DNA of 64,000 nt from an uncultured Thermoleophilia bacterium (GTDB taxonomy: Bacteria > Actinomycetota > Thermoleophilia > UBA2241). How positions within the stretch are numbered: position 1 is the first letter of the stretch; each line of letters begins with the position of its first letter. The stretch lies in contig CAVQSP010000013.1 of the NCBI GenBank assembly GCA_963715985.1, forward strand, positions 256,001 through 320,000. The letters are read 5' to 3'. A program made the translations under genes and the position numbers. Below, piece after piece: positions 9,268 to 22,015 of this stretch. Below the pieces are notes generated by a model that saw nothing but the letters and a program-made list of their open reading frames with translations, was not told where the DNA came from and did no database searches.

Positions 9268-10666
9268 TCACACGCCCGTCTGCGCCTGCACTGTGCCGTC
9301 GGCGATGGCCGCCTTGAGGGTCTCCCAGTCCGCGACGGTCTGGTCGGCGTAGGCGATGGCGAAGGCCTCCATGGCGCGTTCGAACGAGGAGCCGGCTCCA
9401 AGGTAGGCGGCCAGCGCGACGGGGTCGCCGGAGCGGGCGTGCGCATTGGCAAGGCACCACGCGCAGGCGTCCACGTACCGGGTGAAGGCCTTGGCACCGA
9501 GCAGGCCGATCTCCGCCGAGGCCTTCATGTCTTTGAGCTGGCGCCAGTAATAGTGGCGGTCCTCGTCGGCCAGCGTGCTCCAGCCGAGGAAGACGTCGGT
9601 CTCCAGCTGCACCAGGCGCTGGCCCTGCACCACGCGTGCCCCACGGTGCCGGTAGACGCTGCGCCCGGCGTAGGGCTCGAGCACCGAGCGGTCGGCCTCC
9701 TTGAACTGCAGTACCAGCGGATCGCTCTCGTCGCGCCCGATCATCAGGGCGATGAAGCAGCGCGTGCCCACGCTGCCGACGCCCACGACCTTGCGCGCGA
9801 TGTCGACCATCTGGTAGCGGTCGAGCAGCAGGCGGCGCTCGGGGGCGAGGCTGGCGCGATAGGTGGAGAAGCCGGTCGTGATGACGTCGGTGATGTGGTC
9901 GACGTCGTGGTCGCCGACGAGGTCGCGGAGCGGGGTCACGAGAGGCGGCACGCTCCTGAAGCGCAGCTCCCCGTCCACCACTTCGGCGAGCCTGCCGACC
10001 ACCTGGCGGCTCGAGCGGGCGCGGATCTTGCTGAGCACTTTGTCGAGCCGCGCCTGGTTCTTCTTCTTGCCCCATGCCGCCGCCGACGTCCTCCACGTCG
10101 AGGTGCGCGTACCACACGTCCAGCGTGGTGTTCTCGGCGAACCCGAGCACGGAGACGCGGTAGGCGGCGGCGGCGTGGCGGGCGGCCGCCGCGACAGCTG
10201 CGTTGCCGGCGCCGTTGTCGCGGGCCGCCACTGTGGCGCTCGCCACGAAGCGTTTGACGTCCCACTCCCACGGGCCCGGCAGCGTCTCGTCGAAGTCGTT
10301 GACGTCGAACACCATGCGCCGCTCCGGGCTCGCGAACACGCCGAAGTTGGAGATGTGCGCGTCGCCCACGGCCTGCACGCGCAGGCCGCTGACCGACGAG
10401 TCCGCGAGGTCGGCGGCCATGACGGCGGCGGCGCCGCGGAGGAAGGCGAACGGCGACGCCGCCATCCGGCCGTAGCGGATCGGCACGAGGTCCTGCTGGC
10501 GCGTGACGTCCTGCGCCGCAAGGATCGCGATGGGATCGCGTCGCTCCTCAGGCGTGTGGACGGCGAGGGAGCTGCGCGGAGCCTTCTCGCGGGCGGCGCG
10601 CCCGTGTGCGGCGCGCTCCTCCACAGTCAGGTGTTTGCCGGTCGCGCGCGGCGTCTCAGCATCCAT
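9268..10666 (-). CDS. DUF2252 family protein; frameshift near 10075
   Basis: PIRYGRMAASPFAFLRGAA, GDAHISNFG, FDVNDFDE in frame 1; KVVGVGSVGTR, YWRQLKDMK, AHARSGD in frame 2. Confidence 0.85.
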
Positions 10667-10782
10667 CGCCTCTGGCCTCCCCTACGGGTGGCCGGCGGCG
10701 CAGCGAGGGCCGCGCCCGCCGGCTGTCTGGACGTGATGGTATCGCAAGATGTGGCGCGGGCGCGGCTCTGTAGGGGGCCCGG

Positions 10783-11427
10783 TCAGGTCGTGGGCGCCTG
10801 CCGCCGGCGCACGCGGTGCACGAGCCACACGATCACGCCCGGCGTCGCCGAGAGGGCGAAGGCGATGGCCAGGGCGACAGCGAGGTAGTCCTGCACCCAC
10901 GGTACGTTGCCGAACAGGTAGCCGGCGCCGAAGAACACCGTCACCCACAGCGCTGCGGCGATGGCCGCGTACAGCAGAAGGCGGTGGAACTCCATCCGCG
11001 CCACACCGGCCACGAACGGGGCGAGCGTCCTCACGATGGGCAGGAAGCGTGCGAAGACGATGGCCATACCGCCGTGCCGCTCGTAGAACTCGTGGGCCTG
11101 CTCGATGTGCTCCGGCTTGAGGTAGCGGCGCGGCTTGCTCAGCAGGTGCCGCCCGATCCAGCGGCCGATGAGGTAGTTGCACACGTCGCCGAGAAAGGCG
11201 GCCGTGAAGAGCAGCGGCGCGAGCACCGCGGCATGCAGGACGTCGGCGCCGGCCAGCGTGCCGCTGGCGAGCAGCAGCGACTCTCCGGGCAGGAACGGCG
11301 CGACCACCAGGCCGGTCTCACAGAAGATGGTCGCGAAGATGGCCGCGTACGCCCACGGGCCCAGCACGTCGATGAGCTGGGCCAGGTAGACGTCGAAGTC
11401 GAGGATGTAGGTGACGAGCTGGTGCAC
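10783..11427 (-). CDS. dedA: DedA/VTT-domain membrane protein
   Basis: FCETGLVVAPFLPGESLL, ARFLPIVRTLAPFVAG. Confidence 0.9.
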   Translation of the reverse strand: MHQLVTYILDFDVYLAQLIDVLGPWAYAAIFATIFCETGLVVAPFLPGESLLLASGTLAGADVLHAAVLAPLLFTAAFLGDVCNYLIGRWIGRHLLSKPRRYLKPEHIEQAHEFYERHGGMAIVFARFLPIVRTLAPFVAGVARMEFHRLLLYAAIAAALWVTVFFGAGYLFGNVPWVQDYLAVALAIAFALSATPGVIVWLVHRVRRRQAPTT

Positions 11428-11459
11428 CAGTCAGGGGACGCCCTGTCGGGCTGCTTGGT

Positions 11460-12645
11460 TCAGGCCGGCTCGGGTGAGGCGCCGGCGTCGGAGGCCGCCG
11501 CCTGCTCGTCGCGCCGGTGCAGGCGCCGTGCCTTGTACACCACGCGGTACCGGTCGTAGAGCACGATGATGAGCGTCAGCAGGTACGAGAAGAAGAGCGT
11601 CATGCCGAACGGCGCGCGGGCCGACCTGACGCCGAGCCAGCGGTCGAGAGCCTCGAGGGCCAGCACGATGACGAGGTTGACCACCAGCATCGTCACGAGC
11701 TCCCCGGCCAGCAGCCGCCAGCTGCGTCCGCGGGTCGCCATGAAGTGGCTCACGGCGGCGTTGATCACCGTGAAGATCGCCACGCCGACGGCGATGCGCA
11801 CCGGGTTCGCGTCGCCGCCGGTGATCATCGTGCCGAAGATGATGCAGACGATCGCCGTGAGCGCGACCTTCTCGCGGAGCGCCCAGCCGAAGATGCTGGT
11901 CTCGGCGCGGACCTTGCGATACGGCTCGGCGCCGTGCAGCTCCGGCGGCAGCGGGTCGGCGGCGATGTGCGCCTTGTGGTCGAACTTCGGCGCCTTGCGC
12001 GTGACGATCCAGTAGACGAGGGCGGCGAGGGCGGCGAAGAAGGCGATCGCCGCGACCAGCACCCACGGCCGGTTGGCGATGGCCGTCGCCCAGCTGTCTG
12101 TCGCGTCTCACGCCGAACAGCGTCTCCTTGATGAAGTCGGTCATGTCGAGCTGCGCGATGTGGATCCACCACTCCTGCGGCAGCTTGATGAAGATCCAGA
12201 TGCCGGCCGTGGCGAGGATCACCGTCCACTTGCCCATGCGGTTGGTGTTCCAGCCCAGGCGCACGAGCTCGACGAAGAGGAAGAAGTACTCGAAGGTGTT
12301 CGGGAAGATGAAGAGGATGGCGCGCACCTGCGTAAGCTCGAAGGCGATCACCCCGACCATCCGGTAGTAGTAGAGGAACTGGCTCATGCGGAACGCGGTC
12401 TGGTTGGTCCAGTTGCGCAGCGTGGAGAGGTAGGCGACCGACAGGTAGTAGACGTCGAGCGCCTTGTCGTAAGACTGATACCCGTCCAGCGGGATGCTGG
12501 GGAACTGCTGGAAGATGCTCTGGTCGACCGAGTCGAGGAGCAGGCACGCGAGGAGCGCCGGCACCGGGAAGTAGGGGATCAGCAGCGGCAGGGCGAGGCG
12601 GCCGCCGACGACGAGCACGACCACGGTCCATTCCACGGTCCCCAT
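11460..12645 (-). CDS. Multi-pass membrane protein; frameshift near 12110
   Basis: Hydrophobic ORF with YQSYDKALDVYYL and IKLPQEWWIH, continued by a second-frame hydrophobic ORF ending at 11460. Confidence 0.7.
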
Positions 12646-12914
12646 GTCAGGCTCTGGGCTGCGCTGCGCTCTTCATGTCCCCGACTCTACTTGCGGCCCA
12701 AGACCGCTCGCAAGAGGTGAGACGCTCAAGCTGAGGGTGATCCCGGTCTGCCGGTGACGGTCGCCCACCCGGCGGCTCGGCTGGGTGGTGCGGCCATCGC
12801 GCTCATCGGTATGATGGTGTCGTTGTTCGCCCCCGGCGGTCTCACGGCGCGCCGGCGGTGAGACGGCTACGGTCCGCCGCCCGGCAACGGGCATCCACAC
12901 GAACGGGAGATCGC

Positions 12915-13433
12915 ATGAGTGAACTGATGGTGCTGGGCTTCGAGAACGAGATGGAGGCCGACCGCTTCGGCCTCAAGCTCGCGGAGCTGCAGAAAGACAT
13001 GATCATCCAGCTCGAGGACGCCGCCGAAGTGGTGCGCGACCCCGACGGCAAGCCGCACGTCAAGCACGGCCACGGCCTGGTCGGCGCCGGCGCCATGGGC
13101 GGCGCCTTCTGGGGCATGCTCTTCGGCCTGCTCTTCTTCATGCCGTTCCTCGGCATGGCCATCGGCGCCGGCCTGGGCGCCCTCTTCGGCAAGGGCGCGA
13201 AGACCGGCATCGACCGCCAGGTGCTCGAGCAGATGGGCGACGCGGTGCCGCCGGGCAAGGCCGGCTGGTTCCTCGTCATCGGCCAGTTGACCGAGGACAA
13301 GTTCCTCGCCGCCATCGAGGGCACGCACGCCACGCTCGTGCGCTCCAACCTCTCGACGGAGCAGGAGGCGGAGCTCAAGCACGCCTTCGGCGCCAAGCAC
13401 CACAAGAAGGACGCGACGGCGGAGACCGCCTGA
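12915..13433 (+). CDS. DUF1269 domain membrane protein
   Basis: LEDAAEVVRDPDGK, GGAFWGMLFGLLFFMPFLG; RBS GGGAG. Confidence 0.85.
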   Translation: MSELMVLGFENEMEADRFGLKLAELQKDMIIQLEDAAEVVRDPDGKPHVKHGHGLVGAGAMGGAFWGMLFGLLFFMPFLGMAIGAGLGALFGKGAKTGIDRQVLEQMGDAVPPGKAGWFLVIGQLTEDKFLAAIEGTHATLVRSNLSTEQEAELKHAFGAKHHKKDATAETA

Positions 13434-13543
13434 CGTGTTCTGAGGGCGGGGCGGCCCGACAGGGCCGCCCCGCCCGCTGTCGTTTGGCAGCGAGTCCGCA
13501 CCGGTGCGGCGGGGAGCCGGCCGGCACGGATGGGGGAGTCGAC

Positions 13544-14197
13544 ATGGCTGAGTCGCAGAATGCGGCGAAGATCACGCACAAGAAGAACCGCCTCGAGGCG
13601 TTCAGCGACGGCGTCTTCGCCATCGCCATCACGCTCATGGTGCTCGAGATCGCCATCCCGGTGGAGAACGGTGAAGGCGAGAGGCTGCTGAGCGGGCTCC
13701 TTCACGAGTGGCCCGTCTATCTCACCTATTTCGTCTCGTTCATGACCATCGGCGCGGTGTGGATGGAGCACAGCGCGCTCGTGGACGCGCTCGACCACAT
13801 CGACGGCGTCTTCATGCGGCTCAATCTCGTCCTGCTCCTCTTCTGTGCCTTCCTGCCGTTCCCGACGCGCCTCATGAGTGAGTTCGCCGGCGACATTCCC
13901 GGAGAGCGTGTCGCGGTCGTGTTCTACGGTGCCGTACTGTTGATGATGACGCTCATGCTTCTGGTGATGGGGCGGCACGCCGAGAACGAGGGTCTGTTCG
14001 GCGACGATCTCGTTGATGAGCGCAAGGAGGAGGCCCGGGTCAAGTACCAGCTGCTGCCGGGCCTCATCGCCTACATCGCGGGCGGCGCCCTGGGGCTGCT
14101 GTCGCCGCGCATCGGCGTCATCATCTATCTCATCATCGCCATCTACCTGGCGATCCCGATCCGTGAAGTGACACGGCTGTACCGGAAGAAGGCCTGA
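13544..14197 (+). CDS. TMEM175-family (DUF1211) potassium channel
   Basis: RLEAFSDGVFAIAITLMVLEI signature; FLPFPT. Confidence 0.9.
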   Translation: MAESQNAAKITHKKNRLEAFSDGVFAIAITLMVLEIAIPVENGEGERLLSGLLHEWPVYLTYFVSFMTIGAVWMEHSALVDALDHIDGVFMRLNLVLLLFCAFLPFPTRLMSEFAGDIPGERVAVVFYGAVLLMMTLMLLVMGRHAENEGLFGDDLVDERKEEARVKYQLLPGLIAYIAGGALGLLSPRIGVIIYLIIAIYLAIPIREVTRLYRKKA

Positions 14198-14274
14198 GCT
14201 GGTCGCACATTGCATCGTTCTGACCGTTGGGTAACATGGCGCGGGCAAGCCGACCGTGCGACCAGGGGGATGTG

Positions 14275-15957
14275 ATGGCCAAAGAGGCGACGTCCGCATC
14301 AGGGGGAGCGGGCAAGGCCGCCGGCGCTGCGGCGGGCGGTGCGGGACTGATCCTCTTCACGCTGGCCACCGGCCAGTTCCTCATGACCCTCGACACGTCG
14401 GTCATGAACGTGTCCATCGCCACGGTGGCCAACGACCTCGGCACGACGGTCACCGGCGTGCAGACCGCGATCACCCTCTACACGCTGGTCATGGCCAGCC
14501 TGATGGTGCTGGGCGGCAAGATCGGGAGCATCATGGGCCGCAAGCGGGCCTTCTCCCTGGGCTGCATCATCTACGGGTGCGGCTCGATGACCACCGCGCT
14601 TTCGCCGAACCTTACGGTCCTCATCATCGGGTGGTCGTTTCTGGAGGGCATCGGCGCCGTGCTGATCATGCCGGCCATCGTCGGGCTGGTGGCCGGCAAC
14701 TTCCCGCTGGCGGCCAGGCCCAAGGCCTACGGCCTCATCGCCGCCGCCGGCGCCATCGCTGTCGCCGTCGGCCCCGTGATCGGCGGCTTCATGACCACCT
14801 ACTTCTCTTGGCGGTACGTGTTCGCCGGCGAGGTGATCATCGTCATCGCCATCCTGTTCCTGGCGCGCCGCGCCTCGGACGAGCCGGTCGCCGTGCGTCC
14901 GCACCTCGACATGTTCGGCGTCGTCTTGTCGTCGGCGGGCCTCGCCTTCCTCGTCCTCGGTGTGCTCAAATCGTCGACGTGGGGCTGGTTCCTGCCCAAG
15001 GAGGGCGCTCCGTCCCTGTTCGGCCTCTCGCTCACTATGTGGTTCATCATCGCCGGCCTCTTCCTGCTCTGGCTGTTCATGCGCTGGCAGCGGCGCCTTG
15101 AGAACGCCGGCAAGGAGCCGCTCATCTCTCCGGCCCTGTTCAAGCACAGGCAGCTCACCGGCGGCCTCATCACGTTCCTGTTCCAGTTCCTGATCCAGGC
15201 GGGCCTGTTCTTCATCGTGCCGCTGTTCCTCTCGGTGGTGCTCGGTCTGTCGCCCATGGCCACCGGCGTGCGCCTGCTCCCGCTCTCGCTGTCGCTGCTC
15301 GTGGCTGCCGTGGGCGTCCCGCGCCTCCTGCCGCACGCCAATCCGCGCCGCGTGGTGCGCATCGGCATGCTCTCCCTCGTCGCCGGCATCCTGGTGCTGA
15401 TCGGCAGCTTGGAGGTTGGGGCAGATTCCTCCATCGTCTTCATCCCCATGCTCATCATCGGCTTCGGCATCGGCGCGCTGGCGTCGCAGCTCGGCAACGT
15501 AACCGTCTCGTCGGTGCCTACGGAGAAGAGCGCGGAGGTCGGCGGGCTGCAGAACACCGCCAGCCAGCTGGGCGCCTCGTTCGGCACGGCGCTGGCCGGC
15601 TCGGTGCTCATCGCCGTCCTGACGACCTCGTTCCTGGCGGGCATCGAACAGAACCCCAACGTGCCGCAGCAGGCCAAGGAGCAGGCCAACGTCAATCTGG
15701 CCGCCGGCGCGCCGTTCATCTCGGACGCCGACCTCCAGGCGCGGATGAGCCAGGCCGGCTACACGCAGGACCAGATCGACATCGCGCTCGAGCAGAACCA
15801 GGCGTCGCAGATCGACGGCCTGCGCGCGGCGCTCTCGGTGCTGGGCATCATCGGCGTCATCGCCCTCTTCTTCACCGGGAGCATCCCCAAGCGGCAGCCG
15901 GGCTCGGAGCCGGAGTCTCAGCCGGGGTCTGAGCCGGCGCCCGCGGCCGCGGGCTGA
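14275..15957 (+). CDS. MFS transporter (14-TM DHA2-like)
   Basis: QFLMTLDTSVMNVSI, GGKIGSIMGRKR, SWRYVF, KEPLI. Confidence 0.9.
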   Translation: MAKEATSASGGAGKAAGAAAGGAGLILFTLATGQFLMTLDTSVMNVSIATVANDLGTTVTGVQTAITLYTLVMASLMVLGGKIGSIMGRKRAFSLGCIIYGCGSMTTALSPNLTVLIIGWSFLEGIGAVLIMPAIVGLVAGNFPLAARPKAYGLIAAAGAIAVAVGPVIGGFMTTYFSWRYVFAGEVIIVIAILFLARRASDEPVAVRPHLDMFGVVLSSAGLAFLVLGVLKSSTWGWFLPKEGAPSLFGLSLTMWFIIAGLFLLWLFMRWQRRLENAGKEPLISPALFKHRQLTGGLITFLFQFLIQAGLFFIVPLFLSVVLGLSPMATGVRLLPLSLSLLVAAVGVPRLLPHANPRRVVRIGMLSLVAGILVLIGSLEVGADSSIVFIPMLIIGFGIGALASQLGNVTVSSVPTEKSAEVGGLQNTASQLGASFGTALAGSVLIAVLTTSFLAGIEQNPNVPQQAKEQANVNLAAGAPFISDADLQARMSQAGYTQDQIDIALEQNQASQIDGLRAALSVLGIIGVIALFFTGSIPKRQPGSEPESQPGSEPAPAAAG

Positions 15958-15965
15958 ACAGGACG

Positions 15966-16011
15966 CGCACGACGAGTGCGGGGGCCGAACGGCCCCCGCA
16001 CTCGTCGTGCG
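15966..16011. terminator. Perfect 22-bp inverted repeat between convergent genes
   Basis: CGCACGACGAGTGCGGGGGCCG-AA-CGGCCCCCGCACTCGTCGTGCG. Confidence 0.75.
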
Positions 16012-16029
16012 GTCTGCGCACCAGCCGTT

Positions 16030-16890
16030 CTACTTGGCCACGTAGTGGGCGAGGGCTGCGCCGCCCGAGTCCCTCAGCCAGAGCTCATCGCCCTCGATGG
16101 TGTACGTGGCCGTCTTGGGAAGCGCCGCCAGGTACGCGGCTTCCTGCTGCATCAGATCCTCCGGCCCCGCCATCTGCGTCGTGACGATCTGCGCGTCTAT
16201 CGACATCGTGTCGCCCGCTGTCGAGTAGGTCGTGCTGTACTGATTGATGCTCGCATTGCCGGCCAGGCGACCGTCGGACCCGAACGTCGCCGTGATGGCG
16301 CTCGACGCAACGAGCGACTGCAGGGCACCCTTGCCGTTGTTGTAGGCGAGGGCGTCCCACTCGGTGCCCTCGAGCGCGGTGGGCTGGACGACCGCGTAGC
16401 GGACGAGCACGGTGCCCTGGTCGTCCGTGAGCGTCAGGGAGTCCGCGGTCACGGTGTACTTCTTGGCCTGCGTCAGCGCTGCGAAGTAGGCCTGCTCCTG
16501 CGCCATCGCCTCGTCCGAGCCGGCCATGAGCGTCGCCGCCGGCTGCGAGATCGTGATGAGGTCACCGGCCTGGGTCTCGTAGGTGGCGGTGTAGCGGTTC
16601 ACGCCGCCGGAACCGGAGAGCTGGCCCGCGGCGAAGGAGGCGGTGACCTCGGTGCCCTTGGCTGTGAGGACGCTGGTCACCCCCGCTATCTCGGTCGCCT
16701 TCCACACGCCGGCCTCGAGCGCCTTGCTGTTGTCCGCGCCGGCGCTGCCGGAGTCGGAAGAGCACCCGGAGACGGCGAGTGGAGCCAGCGCGACGAGGCC
16801 GACCGCGACGAGCGAGAGGGCGGAGCGGCGACGTAGCAGGGTCGCGGCAGACCGCACTGTGTGCCGATGGGCGTGGCGACGAACGTCCAT
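16030..16890 (-). CDS. Lipoprotein with two META (HslJ-like) domains
   Basis: Lipobox LAVSGC; repeated LSGSGGVNRY / LAGNASINQY and TLMA...MAQEQAY / TQMA...MQQEAAY; TAG stop. Confidence 0.85.
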   Translation of the reverse strand: MDVRRHAHRHTVRSAATLLRRRSALSLVAVGLVALAPLAVSGCSSDSGSAGADNSKALEAGVWKATEIAGVTSVLTAKGTEVTASFAAGQLSGSGGVNRYTATYETQAGDLITISQPAATLMAGSDEAMAQEQAYFAALTQAKKYTVTADSLTLTDDQGTVLVRYAVVQPTALEGTEWDALAYNNGKGALQSLVASSAITATFGSDGRLAGNASINQYSTTYSTAGDTMSIDAQIVTTQMAGPEDLMQQEAAYLAALPKTATYTIEGDELWLRDSGGAALAHYVAK

Positions 16891-17008
16891 TCCAGTCTCC
16901 TTCGATCTCGGCTCAGCATGAACAGGGCGAAGCAAGAAGGAGTCTATTACGGGTCCGGGTGGTCGGGCGGCCGCGGACCGCCCCCTCGGCGGTGTGGTCG
17001 GGCGCGGT

Positions 17009-18445
17009 TCAGGGCTCGCAGACCGAGGCCGCCGCGCCCTTCTCGAAGCGCATCTTGCACATCGAGTACTCCTCGGGGACGGCGATGGGGTAGTCCCCGT
17101 CGAAGCAGGCGCGGCAGAACTGGTCGCGAGGCAGGCCGGTGCTGGCCTGCAGGCCTTCGAGGGTGAGGTAGTGGAGGCTGGTCGCGCCCACGCGGGCGCG
17201 GATCTCCTCCACGCTCAGGTTGGCGGCGATGAGCTCCGCGCGCGTGGCCATGTCGATGCCGTAGAAGCAGGGGTACTGGATGGGCGGCGAGCTGATGCGC
17301 AGGTGCACTTCTTTGGCACCGGCGCTGTACAGCATGTCGACGAGCTTGCCCGTGGTGTTGCCGCGCACGATGGAGTCGTCCACCACGACGAGGCGCTTGC
17401 CGCTGATGACGGCGCTGAGCGGGTTGAGCTTCATGCGGATACCCACCTGGCGCAGCTGGTCGTCCGGCTGGATGAAGGTGCGGTGCACGTAGCGGTTCTT
17501 GATGAGGCCTTCGGCGTAGGGGATGCCGGAGGCGGCGGCGTAGCCGATCGCCGCCGGCATGCCCGTGTCCGGGACCGGGATGACGAGGTCGGCTTCGACC
17601 GGCGCCTCCCTGGCCAGATGCTTGCCCATCTCCTGGCGCACGACGTGTAGGGTCTGGCCGCCGATCAGGCTGTCCGGACGCGCGAAGTAGATGAACTCGA
17701 AGATGCACAAGGCCGGGCGCGAGCCCTCGAGCTCCACGCGCTCGCTGCGCAGGCCGTGCTCCTTGTCGGCGATGACGATCTCGCCGGGCTGGATCTCGCG
17801 CACGAACTTCGCGCCGATGATGTTGAGGCCGGCGGTCTCGCTGCTGATGACGGGGTGACCCTCGTAGCTGCCCAGGCACAACGGGCGCACGCCGTACGGG
17901 TCGCGGAAGCCGACCAGGGCGTCGCCGCTCATCACGGTGGCAGAGAAGGCGCCGCGGATCTTGGCCACGGCTGTGCGCACGGCGCTCAGCAGGTCGCTGT
18001 CCGCCTCGTGGGCGATGAGCGCCGTGATGACCTCGGTGTCGGTGGTGCCGGCGAACTTGACGCCCTCGGCCATGAGCTCCTCGCGCAATTGGCTCGTGTT
18101 GACGAGGTTGCCGTTGTGGCCCAGAGCGATGACGTCGCCGTTGCGGCTGCGCACCAGCGGCTGCGAGTTCTGCCAGTGGCTGGACCCGGTGGTGGAGTAA
18201 CGCACGTGGCCGATGGCGTGCTGGCCGCTGAGGCTCGTGAGCATCTGCTCGTTGAACACCTGGCTCACGAGCCCGAGGTCCTTGATGACCGTGATCTGGC
18301 CGTCATCGCTGACCGCGATCCCTGCGCTCTCCTGCCCGCGGTGCTGCAGGGCGTAGAGACCGAAGAAGGTCAGGCGTGCGACGTCATGCCCCGGCGCGTG
18401 GATGCCGAAGACGCCGCAACTGTCGTGGAGATGGTCGTTGTGCAC
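17009..18445 (-). CDS. purF: Amidophosphoribosyltransferase
   Basis: Propeptide followed by CGVFG, LQHRGQESAG, GHVRYST, VDDSIVRG, CFYGID. Confidence 0.97.
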   Translation of the reverse strand: MHNDHLHDSCGVFGIHAPGHDVARLTFFGLYALQHRGQESAGIAVSDDGQITVIKDLGLVSQVFNEQMLTSLSGQHAIGHVRYSTTGSSHWQNSQPLVRSRNGDVIALGHNGNLVNTSQLREELMAEGVKFAGTTDTEVITALIAHEADSDLLSAVRTAVAKIRGAFSATVMSGDALVGFRDPYGVRPLCLGSYEGHPVISSETAGLNIIGAKFVREIQPGEIVIADKEHGLRSERVELEGSRPALCIFEFIYFARPDSLIGGQTLHVVRQEMGKHLAREAPVEADLVIPVPDTGMPAAIGYAAASGIPYAEGLIKNRYVHRTFIQPDDQLRQVGIRMKLNPLSAVISGKRLVVVDDSIVRGNTTGKLVDMLYSAGAKEVHLRISSPPIQYPCFYGIDMATRAELIAANLSVEEIRARVGATSLHYLTLEGLQASTGLPRDQFCRACFDGDYPIAVPEEYSMCKMRFEKGAAASVCEP

Positions 18446-18465
18446 GGCGCTCGTTCGCTGGATGG

Positions 18466-20762
<2,297 letters not shown>

Positions 20763-20766
<4 letters not shown>

Positions 20767-21491
20767 GCCGTCACCTCCGCCGCGCGCAGGGAGTCGATCA
20801 TCGACTGGAAGAACCGCCTGCCGTCGGCGCCGCCGGCCAGGCCGGCCTCCACCGAGTTCTCCGGGTGGGGCATCATGCCGAACACGTTGCGCGTCTCGTT
20901 GCAGACGCCGGCGATGTCGTCGAGGGAGCCGTTGGGGTTGGCGCCCGGAGCGCGCTCGCCGGATGCGTCTGCATAGCGCACCACGATCTGGTCGTTCGCC
21001 TTCAGGCGCTCGAACGTCGCCGGGTCCACCGTGTAATTGCCCTCGTTGTGCTTGACCACGATGCGCAGCAGCTCGCCGGGGGCGCAGGCGCTCGTAAACG
21101 GCGTGGCCGTGGTCTCCACCCGCAGGTTCACGTACTTGCAGACGAACTTGAGCCCCGTGTTGCGGATGAGGCCGCCGGGCAGGAGGCCGGCCTCGATGAG
21201 GATCTGGAAGCCGTTGCAGATGCCCATCACCAGGCCGCCGTCCGCGGCGAAGTCGGCGATGGGCTGCATGATGGGGCTGAAGCGGGCGATGGCGCCGCAG
21301 CGCAGGTAGTCGCCGTAGCTGAACCCGCCGGGGATGACGATACCGTCCACACCCTTGAGGTCGGTGTCCTTGTGCCAGAGGTACTCGGCGCTGACGCCGG
21401 GGAAGGTCTCGAGGCCGTGGTGCGTGTCGCCGTCGGTGTTGATGCCCGGAAACACGACCACGCCGAGACGCACGGGGCTGGGGGAGCTCAT
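20763..21491 (-). CDS. purQ: FGAM synthase glutaminase subunit
   Basis: VVFPG, PGGFSYGDYLR, GICNGFQ, MPHPE. Confidence 0.95.
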
Positions 21492-21498
21492 GCCGGCC

Positions 21499-21750
21499 TC
21501 ACCCCTCGGCGATCTCGAAGGTGTAGTCCTCGATGATCGGGTTGGAGAGCAGCCTGCGGCACATGTCGTCGACCTCCGCGGTGGCCTGCTCGCGGGTGAG
21601 TCCGTCACGCGCTATGGTGAGGTCGATGATCTTGCCGACGCGCACCCCGCTCACGCCTTCGAAGCCGAGGTTGGGGAGCGACCGCTCCACGGCCGCGCCC
21701 TGGGGGTCGAGGATGCCCTGCTTGGGCGTGACGTAGACGCGGACGTTCAT
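21499..21750 (-). CDS. purS: FGAM synthase subunit PurS
   Basis: MNVRVYVTPKQGILDPQG...VRVGK...LLSNPIIEDY. Confidence 0.95.
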   Translation of the reverse strand: MNVRVYVTPKQGILDPQGAAVERSLPNLGFEGVSGVRVGKIIDLTIARDGLTREQATAEVDDMCRRLLSNPIIEDYTFEIAEG

Positions 21751-22015
21751 CAAGCTCACCTGCCCGGAGAGATGGTGCGGGGACGCCCCTGAGTCTATCG
21801 CACGGGCGTGCACCGCGGGACGCCTGTCGGCGCCCGTCCGGTCGGCCCGGAGGACGAGAAGGGCCGCCCCGGGCTGACCGTTGCCCGCGGTGCAGCAGGG
21901 CGCCGCTCGTAACGCCCACGGCATCTCGTGCGTGTACGAGGCTGTCGCACGTTTGCCCGAGGGCACAAACCGAGAAGAAAGCACCTGCACACACTCGACG
22001 AGCTCGGAGGAGACG

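Noticed and set aside
21751-22015. Purine or ZTP riboswitch upstream of purS
   Set aside because: No aptamer consensus seen; a TAGACT -10 box about 40 bp from the start leaves too short a leader
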